Assembly: GCA_965221115.1 (NCBI GenBank)
Contig: CBDCRU010000001.1
Location: forward strand, 154,983 to 218,982
Direction: 5' to 3'
Source: Alphaproteobacteria bacterium
GTDB lineage: Bacteria > Pseudomonadota > Alphaproteobacteria > SP197
Length of the DNA: 64,000 nucleotides
Shown here piece after piece: positions 29,999-38,800 of the stretch. Position 1 is the first letter of the stretch, and every line of letters starts with the position of its first letter. The translations under genes and the position numbers were made by a program. Under the pieces are notes generated by a model. The model saw only the letters and a program-made list of their open reading frames with translations, was not told where the DNA came from and did no database searches.

Positions 29999-31054
29999 TT
30001 ACTGGGCCGCCTTGATGGCGTTCCAGGTGTTGATGTAGGCGTCGACCCGTGCCGGCTCCTCCCACAGGACAAGCCCGTCGATGTACTTGAAGTCTGCCTG
30101 GTTGAGCGCCTCGAAGGTCGCTTCATCGAGGCATTCGCGAAGCACGACGGGATTTGATCCGGAATAGCCGGTCACGCCGACAACGCCGCACTGGCCACCG
30201 GACGACGTCGCGTAGTCGAGCCATGCGTAAGCGCATTCAGCATTCGGCGAACCCTTGACGATCTGCCATGCATCGGCCCAGCCATCGGCCTTCTCGACCG
30301 GAATGAACTCGACCATCTCGATACCCTGTCCGGCCAGCAACGAAGACTGGTATCCGCCCCAGGTGTTGGAAATCGCGACCTCGCCGTTGGCATAGAGGTT
30401 CACGAGTTCGCCCGCAGTCGACCAGAACTTGCGGATGTGGGGCTTCAGGGCGATGAGCTTGTCGCGCACCGCGGCCAGCTGATCATCGGAGAGGTCGTAG
30501 ACATTGACGTCAGTGCCGAACAGCAGGCGGGCGACGATGTAGATGTTGGTCTTGTCGTCCCAGAGGCTGATTGCGCCTGACAGGGACTCATCCTCCCAGA
30601 AGGAGGCGATGCTGTCGGGCGCCTGGTCGAACCGGTCCGTCCGATACATGAACGGGATCGACCCCCACGTGAAGGGAACGCCGTAGACCCCGCCCTCGTA
30701 GTTGACGCCGACATGGTTGCGGAACTGTTCGTAGATGTTGTCCCACTGCCCGATGCGGCTGACATCGATTTCCTCGACGAGCCCCGCCTTCATCAGGATC
30801 GTGGTGGTGTCAACCGATGGCGAGACAAGGTCGTAGACTCCGCCGCCCCCGGCGAGCTTGGCCGGGAACTCGTCGTTGGAGCCGACATAGGTCGGCGTCA
30901 CCGCGCATCCCGTGGCCTCGGTGAACGGTTCGACAAAGCTGGGATCGGTGTAACCTTCCCAGGTCAGGACATTGAGTTCGCCTTCCGCATGGGCCGATGC
31001 CGTCAAGCCGATGACAAGGGCCGCGGCCGCGCGCTTGATGTTGATCACTTTCAT
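29999..31054 (-). CDS. polyamine-type ABC substrate-binding protein (PotD-like)
   Basis: Signal peptide; LNVLTWEGY, YDLVSPS and YGVPFTWG motifs. Confidence 0.9.
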   Translation of the reverse strand: MKVINIKRAAAALVIGLTASAHAEGELNVLTWEGYTDPSFVEPFTEATGCAVTPTYVGSNDEFPAKLAGGGGVYDLVSPSVDTTTILMKAGLVEEIDVSRIGQWDNIYEQFRNHVGVNYEGGVYGVPFTWGSIPFMYRTDRFDQAPDSIASFWEDESLSGAISLWDDKTNIYIVARLLFGTDVNVYDLSDDQLAAVRDKLIALKPHIRKFWSTAGELVNLYANGEVAISNTWGGYQSSLLAGQGIEMVEFIPVEKADGWADAWQIVKGSPNAECAYAWLDYATSSGGQCGVVGVTGYSGSNPVVLRECLDEATFEALNQADFKYIDGLVLWEEPARVDAYINTWNAIKAAQ

Positions 31055-31371
31055 GGGTCTTGAGTCTCCTCCACTTTCTGAAGTGTCCGGGCTGCCGTAG
31101 CGGCAGCCGCAGGACCCGCCCTTGTTGCAGGGCAGGGTGTTGTACCACCAAAGTGGGCGGAACGATACGTCGCCGCGCGTGCGGCGTCTTGAGAAATGCC
31201 GGCAGACCTTCCGGAGTCTCCTGGTTCGGACAAGGTGACTGACCGCCCCCGACGCGCGGCTTGCCGGATGCTCCTTCAGGCCTTATGGATCGGCGGCGTC
31301 AAGTGCCGCCTCGTGTTCCGTCACCCGGGCTTTGGCGCTAGACTCGAAACCGGCGTGTGCGGATGGATTCG

Positions 31372-31704
31372 ATGCCGAAAATGACCTTCATCGTGCAAAG
31401 CGGGGAGCGCATCGAGATCGATGCGCCCGAAGGACTCTCTCTTCTCGAGATCGCACGGCAGTACGATATCGACATCGAGGGCGCCTGCGAGGGATCGCTG
31501 GCCTGTTCCACGTGCCATGTCATCGTCGATGCGGAGGACTTCGAGCGTCTCGAGGATCCCAGTGAGGACGAGGAGGACATGCTCGATCTTGCCTTCGGCC
31601 TGACCCGCACCTCCCGTCTGGGATGCCAGATCCTGCTGACAGAGGAACTCGACGGACTGACCGTGACGTTGCCCCATGAAACCCGCAACATGCTCTTCGA
31701 GTGA
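31372..31704 (+). CDS. fdx: adrenodoxin-type [2Fe-2S] ferredoxin
   Basis: [14 protein letters not shown]...[20 protein letters not shown]. Confidence 0.95.
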   Translation: MPKMTFIVQSGERIEIDAPEGLSLLEIARQYDIDIEGACEGSLACSTCHVIVDAEDFERLEDPSEDEEDMLDLAFGLTRTSRLGCQILLTEELDGLTVTLPHETRNMLFE

Positions 31705-31714
31705 TGTGCCGGCC

Positions 31715-32854
31715 ATGATTCCGGACCGCTCCACGGGCGGCCGTGCCATTGTCGCCATGTCCGGAGGGGTCGACAGTTCGGTGGTCGCTGCCCTCCTCAA
31801 GGATGAGGGTCACGAGACCATCGGCGTGACGCTGCAACTCTACGATCAAGGCAGGACGGCCTCCCGTCCCGGCGCCTGCTGTGCCGGAGCCGACATCCGC
31901 GACGCCCGCCGCGTGGCGGCGATGCTCGACATCCCGCACTATGTTCTCGACTACCAGGCGCGGTTCCGCGCATCCGTGATGGAGGCGTTCGCCGACAGCT
32001 ACCTTGCCGGTGAAACGCCGGTCCCGTGTGTGCTCTGCAACCAGGGAGTCAAGTTCTCCGACCTGCTGACGACGGCGCGGGATCTCGGTGGAGACTGCCT
32101 GGCTACCGGGCACTACGTTCGGCGCATCGAGGGGCGCGACGGACCGGAACTTCACTGCGGTGCCGAAACCGGCCGCGACCAGAGCTACTTTCTCTTCCGA
32201 ACAACCCGGCACCAGTTGCAGGGCCTGAGGTTTCCTCTGGGCGGCATGACCAAGGACGAGGTGCGGGCCTGCGCCAGGCGGTTCGGACTGCCGGTGTCTG
32301 CCAAGCCGGACAGTCAGGACATCTGCTTCGTGCCGCAGGGCCGATACACGGATGTCGTCGACCGTCTGCGCCCCGGCGCCATGGAGGCGGGCACGATCGT
32401 CGATCTTTCCGGCCGCATTCTGGGTCACCATGACGGAATCGCCCACTACACTGTCGGACAGAGACGGCGGCTCGGCATCGCGACGGGAGAACCCCTCTTT
32501 GTCGTTCGCCTGGACCCGGAACGCCGCCAGGTGGTCGTAGGTCCCCGCGAGGCCCTTCATTCGACGGCCCTTACCATGCGCGACGTCAACTGGCTCGGTC
32601 GGGGAGCGTTGCCGCCGGACGGTGTGGAATGCCGTGTCCAGTTGCGCTCGCGCCAGGAACACCTGCCGGCGCGCGTGCTGCCCCTCGGAGACGATCGCGC
32701 CAGGGTCGAGCTCGCCCGGCCCGCCGAGGCCATCGCTCCGGGCCAAGCCTGTGTCATGTATGACGGCAGCCGCCTTCTCGGCGGCGGCTGGATCGAAAGA
32801 GAGACAGATCAGGGTTCCATGCCACGGCGCGTGAGCGCCGATTTCTGCTCCTGA
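31715..32854 (+). CDS. mnmA: tRNA 2-thiouridylase
   Basis: [37 protein letters not shown] and YTVGQRR motifs. Confidence 0.97.
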   Translation: MIPDRSTGGRAIVAMSGGVDSSVVAALLKDEGHETIGVTLQLYDQGRTASRPGACCAGADIRDARRVAAMLDIPHYVLDYQARFRASVMEAFADSYLAGETPVPCVLCNQGVKFSDLLTTARDLGGDCLATGHYVRRIEGRDGPELHCGAETGRDQSYFLFRTTRHQLQGLRFPLGGMTKDEVRACARRFGLPVSAKPDSQDICFVPQGRYTDVVDRLRPGAMEAGTIVDLSGRILGHHDGIAHYTVGQRRRLGIATGEPLFVVRLDPERRQVVVGPREALHSTALTMRDVNWLGRGALPPDGVECRVQLRSRQEHLPARVLPLGDDRARVELARPAEAIAPGQACVMYDGSRLLGGGWIERETDQGSMPRRVSADFCS

Positions 32855-32869
32855 CGGGAGGACCCGGAC

Positions 32870-33724
32870 ATGGTGGTCACGGGCAACATCCGGCCTCTGG
32901 CCGGTCATATCGGTGCGGAGATCTCCGGGATCGATCTCAGGCATCTTGATGACGGCAAGGTCGCCGCCCTGCGCGAGGCATGGCTCGAACACAAGGTCCT
33001 GTTCTTTCCACGCCAGGAGTTGTCGGCCGATGAACTGGTGCGTGTGGCGTCCTGCTTTGGCGAGATTGACCCGCCGCACCCAGGGCTTGAACGCCACCCC
33101 GACAATCCCGCCGTCATGATCGCGGCGAGCCGCAAGGGTGATGGTGGCGGCAAGTTCAACGCCATCTGGCACAGCGACGTCACATTTGACGAGACGCCGC
33201 CGGCGGCCTCGATGCTGCGGGCCGAAACCCTGCCCCCTGTCGGCGGCGACACGCTCTTCACGTCGATGGAGGCGGCCTTCGACGCGCTGTCAGAGCGCCT
33301 GAAGACGGCAATCGAGGGTCTGGAGGCATTCCACGACGGCATTCCCAACTTCACTCCCTACCTTCTCGATCCGGGTACGCCGGACGGACCCCGACGTCTG
33401 GAGAATCTCAAGCGCGAACACACGGGATGCGTGCATCCGGTGGTGGTGCGCCACCCCGAGACGGGCCGCCGGTCGCTCTTCGTCAATCGGGCCTTCACCC
33501 AGCGGATTCTTGGATTGCCGGACATCGAGAGTCGCGGATTGCTGAACCTCCTGATCGAGCACTGCGAACAGGCTTCGTTCCAGATGCGCTGGTCCTGGTC
33601 GAAAGGCGATGTCGCGCTCTGGGACAACCGCTGCACCCTGCACTACGCCGCTTTCGACTATGGTCGCCACGACCGGATCATGCATCGCGTGACGCTGAGA
33701 GGGTCACGCCCTCTCGCTGCCTGA
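32870..33724 (+). CDS. TauD/TfdA-family Fe(II)/2-oxoglutarate dioxygenase
   Basis: WHSDVTF, GGDTLF, HPVVVRHPETGR and WDNRCTLH motifs. Confidence 0.93.
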   Translation: MVVTGNIRPLAGHIGAEISGIDLRHLDDGKVAALREAWLEHKVLFFPRQELSADELVRVASCFGEIDPPHPGLERHPDNPAVMIAASRKGDGGGKFNAIWHSDVTFDETPPAASMLRAETLPPVGGDTLFTSMEAAFDALSERLKTAIEGLEAFHDGIPNFTPYLLDPGTPDGPRRLENLKREHTGCVHPVVVRHPETGRRSLFVNRAFTQRILGLPDIESRGLLNLLIEHCEQASFQMRWSWSKGDVALWDNRCTLHYAAFDYGRHDRIMHRVTLRGSRPLAA

Positions 33725-33729
33725 CACTG

Positions 33730-34554
33730 TCAGCCCGGGCCGGGAGGCAGCGGATCGCCGCTGGCGGCCAGGGTGCCCTCGTCATCGTGCCTTTCATCTC
33801 CCGTCAGCGCCGGGCAGAAGACGGACAGCAGGTGAAGATCGCTCAGGGCATGCATGCTGTGGCGGTCTTCGGGACCGACGCAGTACATCATTCCCGGTTC
33901 CATGCTCCAGGTCTCTCCGGAGCCAAGGTCCGTTACTTCTCCCGTGCCATCGAGAACGTAGTTCGCCTCCCAGTGGTGCTTGTACCACAGGACGTTGCGA
34001 TTGCCGGCCGCGAGGCGGACGTCACTGAGCGAGAACCCGACACAATCCTCTCGCAACAGCATGCGCACCGTCGTTGCGCTGCCACCGGCGACCACGAACC
34101 GGCGCCCCTGGCCAACGAGTTCGTCGACGGTCCTCACGAACATGCATTCCCTGCCTTCGGGAACGGGACCCGTCGGCGGGTAGGCGCCGTCGCTGTCGTG
34201 TGCCTCGTCTCCAACAAGGGGCGGATTGAAGACACTGACGACGTGGAGCGAATCATCGGGATCGACCAGGTGCCGGTCGGTCGGTCCGACCGTGTAGAGG
34301 GTGCCTGGCGCCAGGGTCCAGGTACGGTCCCGTTCAAGGTCTCGCAACGAGCCTGTGCCGGCGACAATGTAGTTCGCTTCCCAGTGGTGCCTGTACCACA
34401 GGACGCTGGACATGCCGCCTGCGACCCGCACGTCCGACATGGTGAAGCCCAGGCCGTCGGGGATGGTGAGAAAGCGCGTCGAACGGGCCCTGCCTTCGCT
34501 CAGGACCTTTTCGGCGCCGGCACGGCGGCGCTCGTCAAGGGTGCGGATGAACAT
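33730..34554 (-). CDS. tandem double ectoine synthase (EctC)-like cupin protein
   Basis: Two 137-aa repeats, each MFxRT...LWYxHHWEANY...PG..Y.VG..DRH...SVF.P.L.G.E.HD..G. Confidence 0.85.
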   Translation of the reverse strand: MFIRTLDERRRAGAEKVLSEGRARSTRFLTIPDGLGFTMSDVRVAGGMSSVLWYRHHWEANYIVAGTGSLRDLERDRTWTLAPGTLYTVGPTDRHLVDPDDSLHVVSVFNPPLVGDEAHDSDGAYPPTGPVPEGRECMFVRTVDELVGQGRRFVVAGGSATTVRMLLREDCVGFSLSDVRLAAGNRNVLWYKHHWEANYVLDGTGEVTDLGSGETWSMEPGMMYCVGPEDRHSMHALSDLHLLSVFCPALTGDERHDDEGTLAASGDPLPPGPG

Positions 34555-34555
34555 G

Positions 34556-35728
34556 TCAGCTTCCTTTTCGGGGATCGGGTTTGTCGGGCATGGCGGTGCT
34601 GCCGGCGATGCGTCGCGCGAGATACTGGCAGAACTCGAAGTTGGGACGTTCCAGGTAACTCAGGTGCCCGGGACGCGCCAGACCGGACCTGGTGCCGTTG
34701 AACACGGCTTCGGTCCCCACCCGGTCCTCCTCGTTGACGGCATCGAGAATCCTCTTGGCCTCGGCGACGTGTTCGGCCCCTCGCGGATCGTTGATGAAAT
34801 CGGGCGCCATGCCGCCGCCGTAGAGAATCCTTACCCTGCCCGCGCCTTCCGGCTGCAGTGACAGATACCAGAAGTATCCCGGAGTCAGGGTGATCATGTG
34901 GCTGGGATAGATGGTGATCAGCGCCGTGGTCCGACGCCACTCGCCTTCAAGATAGGTGCAGTCTGGGTGGGCGTTGGCAAGGGGAAAGTCGGATTCCTTG
35001 GTGATCCAGTGATAGTTGAACACCGCGCCTCCCGCCGGCATTTCCATCTCCCCGATCTTCGACTGGTTGCCGATGGTTCCGCGGTGGAGCTGGAAGAGGT
35101 GGTAGCTTTCCATGAAATTCTCGGCGAGAATCTTCCAGTTCGTCTCCCAGACATGCTCTTCGCGGAAGGTCTCGGTGTAGTCGGCGAAGCGATAGCGGCC
35201 CGTGACGATCTCCCCCACCGGCCGAAACAGGACTTCCGGCGGCGGAATGTCGGGATCGAGCGTGACGTAGATCCAACCGTCCCAGACATCGCAGCGTACG
35301 CGGGTGAGGCAGTAGTCACCCTTGTCGAAGGCCGGGCTTTCGTCCATCCACGGGGCATGGCGCAAGCGGCCGTCGAGGCCGTAGGACCACGCATGGTAGG
35401 GGCAGGTGATGACCTTGCGGTTGCCGCGTCCGGAAAGGAGCAGGCTCATCCGGTGCAGGCAGACGTTGGCGAAGGCCCTGACCTCTCCGGCATGGTCGCG
35501 GACGATGAAGATCGGCTCATCGACGAGCCTGAAGGTGAGATAGTCGCCCCCTTCCGGAATGGCATCGGCCCGACCGGCACAGATCCACTCCCTGGAGAAG
35601 ACCCGTTCCTTTTCCAGGGCCAGGAACGCTTCGCTGGAATAGATGCCGGGAGGCGCCGCCCGCGCTTCAGCGAAGGGACGTTCCGCGTTCGCCTTCAGTT
35701 CGCCAAGGAGTGTCTCGATTGCTGCCAT
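34556..35728 (-). CDS. Rieske non-heme iron oxygenase alpha subunit (resembles choline monooxygenase / betaine demethylase group)
   Basis: Rieske motif NVCLHR...CPYHAW; mononuclear Fe site NWKILAENFMESYH...LH; EED. Confidence 0.9.
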   Translation of the reverse strand: MAAIETLLGELKANAERPFAEARAAPPGIYSSEAFLALEKERVFSREWICAGRADAIPEGGDYLTFRLVDEPIFIVRDHAGEVRAFANVCLHRMSLLLSGRGNRKVITCPYHAWSYGLDGRLRHAPWMDESPAFDKGDYCLTRVRCDVWDGWIYVTLDPDIPPPEVLFRPVGEIVTGRYRFADYTETFREEHVWETNWKILAENFMESYHLFQLHRGTIGNQSKIGEMEMPAGGAVFNYHWITKESDFPLANAHPDCTYLEGEWRRTTALITIYPSHMITLTPGYFWYLSLQPEGAGRVRILYGGGMAPDFINDPRGAEHVAEAKRILDAVNEEDRVGTEAVFNGTRSGLARPGHLSYLERPNFEFCQYLARRIAGSTAMPDKPDPRKGS

Positions 35729-36030
35729 CTGACTGAGAACAGTGCCACTGCCAACTGGCATCATTGCCAAATCGCGGCGACCGGACAACCACGCGCCACG
35801 CAATGGGCCTGTGCGCTCAGCTCTCAAGGCTCCGGACGACCAGCCTGATGAAGAGGCTTCGGCATTGAGGACAAGGCCTCTCGCAGCTGCGCCTGGTGTT
35901 TCCGAGTCCGCGGGGATTCCCGCGGGCCGGGAGATCACGTGTGAGCCGATCGAAAAGTTGTGCGAGAGCAGCGCAGGCTCCATGATCGAAGGCGTCCGGT
36001 GCCGTACGACCGGAACGTCCGGGGAGAGCT

Positions 36031-36858
36031 TTGGTGAATGTTCGTCCGTTGACCGATGACGAGTGCCGGGCATTCTGTGAGCAAGGTGTCGCGCACCTGC
36101 CCGGTTTCGCTGATTCGGAGGCGGTCGAGAGACTTCTCGAAGCGGCGTTGCGCCGGGCGGAGGCGCCAGGCGAGGCAAGTTACGAAATGAGCGAGAGCGG
36201 ACGCTTTCTCTCCGATCAGAACCTCTACGAAAGCGAAAGCGTGTTTCGCACCTTTGCCTTCGATACGTCGATCGCAGAACAGGCCGGGAAAGCCCTCGGC
36301 GTCGACCGGGTCCGCCTCTACTTCGATCAGATCTTCGTCTGTGCGCCCATGACGATGGTCGACCACTATTGGCATCAGGACATCACGTACTGGCCGGTGG
36401 ATGGCGACGAGATCTGCTCGATCTGGCTCTGCCTGACCGACTGCACGCCCGGCAGCAGTGCGCTCAAGTTCGTCAAGGGAACCGATCGCGGTCCGCTATA
36501 CTCCCAGTCCGCGTTCGGCGAAGGCGATGACGTGACCAAGGCCGTGGCCGATGAAACGGAGCGGGCCGAGGCGCCGCCCTACCACCTCATGACCGACGAG
36601 TACGAAATTCTCGAATGGGACTATGCGGCGGGCGATGCGGCGTTGTTCAATTCACGCATCATGCACAGTTCCGGCGGCAACGCTTCGCCCGATGTCAACC
36701 GGGTTGCCTACTCGACACGCTGGATCGGCGACAGCATGCGCCTGAAGTTCCGACCCGGATGGACCGATCCGTACCTCCTGCCTCACGACGACGAGGGTCT
36801 CGAGGACGGCGAGCTCCTTCTCAGTCGCAAGTTCGAGGTCGCCTGGTCGGCAGATTGA
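36031..36858 (+). CDS. PhyH-family Fe(II)/2-oxoglutarate dioxygenase
   Basis: WHQDITYW, GDAALFNSRIMHSSGGN and RVAYSTRW motifs. Confidence 0.88.
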   Translation: MVNVRPLTDDECRAFCEQGVAHLPGFADSEAVERLLEAALRRAEAPGEASYEMSESGRFLSDQNLYESESVFRTFAFDTSIAEQAGKALGVDRVRLYFDQIFVCAPMTMVDHYWHQDITYWPVDGDEICSIWLCLTDCTPGSSALKFVKGTDRGPLYSQSAFGEGDDVTKAVADETERAEAPPYHLMTDEYEILEWDYAAGDAALFNSRIMHSSGGNASPDVNRVAYSTRWIGDSMRLKFRPGWTDPYLLPHDDEGLEDGELLLSRKFEVAWSAD

Positions 36859-36902
36859 CGCAGGCGTTCGGTGCAGAAACAGGACAATCGAAAGGACCCG
36901 GG

Positions 36903-37598
36903 ATGCTGAGTGACGACCTCAAGGCCCGGCTGTCGGCGGTATCGACGGCCACCATCACGAGCCAGCTGCAACAGCGCGGCCTGCAGAACTGCTTTCTCAA
37001 CGGCCTCAGGCCGCTTCATGAGAACCAGCGCATGGTGGGCGCCGCGCGGACCCTGCGCTACCTGCCGGTCCGTCCTGATCTCTACGACCTGCTGGATGGC
37101 GATCCGCAACCGGACGCGGTCGAGGCGATCGAGCCGGGCGAGGTTCTGGTGATCGATGCCCGCGGCGAGCCCGACGCCGGAACGATCGGCGACATCTACG
37201 CCTCCCGCGTGCAGCAGCGCGGCGGGGCCGGGGTGGTCACGGACGGTGCGCTGCGCGACACCCCGGCCATCGAGGCGCTGGGTTTCGCCGTCTACCACCG
37301 CTCGTCCAATGCGGCGCTGCTCAGCCGCCGGCATGTCGCCGTCGACTCCCAGCTTCCCATCGCCTGCGCCGGCGCGACGGTGATGCCCGGCGACGTGATG
37401 GTGGGAGATGGCGAGGGTGCCGTGGTGATCCCGCGGGCCATGGCCGACGAGATTGCCGATGCCTCCATGACCATGGAAATCGAGGAGGAGTTCGCGCTCA
37501 AGCGCATTGCCGAGGGTGCGGCGGTCGACCGCTACTTTCCGCTTGCCGACGAGGCCCGGGCCGAGTTCGAGGCCTGGCTTGCCGAACGGAAGGCGTGA
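36903..37598 (+). CDS. RraA-family protein / HMG-CHA aldolase-like
   Basis: PGEVLVIDARG, GDI, GVVTDGALRD and PGDVMVGDGEGAVVIP motifs. Confidence 0.88.
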   Translation: MLSDDLKARLSAVSTATITSQLQQRGLQNCFLNGLRPLHENQRMVGAARTLRYLPVRPDLYDLLDGDPQPDAVEAIEPGEVLVIDARGEPDAGTIGDIYASRVQQRGGAGVVTDGALRDTPAIEALGFAVYHRSSNAALLSRRHVAVDSQLPIACAGATVMPGDVMVGDGEGAVVIPRAMADEIADASMTMEIEEEFALKRIAEGAAVDRYFPLADEARAEFEAWLAERKA

Positions 37599-37993
37599 CG
37601 ATCATGCCGCGTCGTTCGATTCACATCGAGTCCCTGAGCCATTTCACGCCGATCCCCGTGGCAACGCGTATCGGTCCGCTGGTGACCTGCAGCATCACCG
37701 CGCCCTTCAATCCGGGCACGCGCGAGCTTCCGCCGGACATCGGCGGTCAGATCGCCAATCTCTTCCATCATGTCGGCGCCATGCTCGCCGAGGCGGGAGG
37801 CGCCTGGGACAACGTCGCGAAGATGACCTTCTATGCCCCCGATCCCTCGGAGATCTTCGGGGCGCTCAACGCGGCGTGGGAGGAGCATTTCCCGGAACCG
37901 GCCTCTCGCCCGTCGCGCCATACCATGGTGGTGCCCGATGACAGGAGCGGCATCCGGGTCTGCTGCGACTTCATCGCCTTGATCGAGGGCTGA
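37595..37993 (+). CDS. RidA/YjgF-family protein
   Basis: PIPVATRIG, AGGAWDNVAKMTFY and WEEHFP...RPSRHT; GTGA-coupled to the RraA gene. Confidence 0.85.
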   Translation: MTIMPRRSIHIESLSHFTPIPVATRIGPLVTCSITAPFNPGTRELPPDIGGQIANLFHHVGAMLAEAGGAWDNVAKMTFYAPDPSEIFGALNAAWEEHFPEPASRPSRHTMVVPDDRSGIRVCCDFIALIEG

Positions 37994-37999
37994 TCGCCG

Positions 38000-38797
38000 T
38001 CAATCGGTGAAACTCACCTGGATCTGTCCCAGCAGGCCGAAGTCCGCCGTCACCGCGTTGCCGGCCGCGACGGGTCTGGCGGCGATGAAGGAGCCTGAGA
38101 GAACCACATGTCCCGGCTCCATGACGACGCCGAAGCTGGCCAGCTTGCGTACAAGCCAGGCGACGGCGTTGACCGGGTTGTCCATCACGGCCGCGCCCGT
38201 ACCGGACGCCACTGCCTCGCCGTCGATGAAGAGCGTGCCTTTGATTTGACTCGGATCGACCTCGTTCAACGCCGCCCGTCCTTCGCCGACCATCACGAAG
38301 CCACACGATGCGGCATCGGCGATGCTGTCGATCACGGCGCCTTCGGGGCTGTCATAGGTAAAGCGACTGTCCACGAGTTCGATGGCGGGTGCGATGAAGT
38401 CCGTGGCAGCCAACACGTCTGCGGCACCGACGGCAGGACCTGCCAGTCGTTGCTTCAGCACGAAGGCGATCTCGATTTCGATCCAGGGTCGGTTGAGCGT
38501 GGCCATGGAGACTCGTGCGCCGTCATCGAGGAACCAGTCGTCAAACAGCGTTCCGTAGTCTGGTTCCGTCGCGCCGAAGGCCTCGCGCATGGCGGCTGAG
38601 GTGTAGCCGATCTTGTGGCCCATGATCGCCCGACCGTCCGCGACCTTCATGTCGGTGACAAGCTGACCGATCGCATAGGCGTCCTCGATCGAGGCGCCGG
38701 GCCATGTCGCCGTGACCGGCTCGATCCACTGGCGCGTGCGCTCGGCCCGGTAGAGCGCTGCGGCGGCGGCGTGCCGCTGATCGTCGTTCATGGCCAT
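38000..38797 (-). CDS. 2-keto-4-pentenoate / 2-oxo-hept-enedioate hydratase (MhpD/HpaH family)
   Basis: GHKIGYTS, EPDYG, IEIEIAF, IELVDSR, IADAAS and VLSGSF motifs. Confidence 0.88.
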   Translation of the reverse strand: MAMNDDQRHAAAAALYRAERTRQWIEPVTATWPGASIEDAYAIGQLVTDMKVADGRAIMGHKIGYTSAAMREAFGATEPDYGTLFDDWFLDDGARVSMATLNRPWIEIEIAFVLKQRLAGPAVGAADVLAATDFIAPAIELVDSRFTYDSPEGAVIDSIADAASCGFVMVGEGRAALNEVDPSQIKGTLFIDGEAVASGTGAAVMDNPVNAVAWLVRKLASFGVVMEPGHVVLSGSFIAARPVAAGNAVTADFGLLGQIQVSFTD

Positions 38798-38800
38798 GGC

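Noticed and set aside
33730-35728. Canonical ectoine biosynthesis cluster
   Set aside because: No ectA, ectB or aspartokinase in the window; the class III aminotransferase at 9631 belongs to the phosphonate operon.
36031-36858. PhyH gene as ectoine hydroxylase EctD
   Set aside because: It has WHQDITYW rather than the EctD signature WHSDFETWH.EDG.
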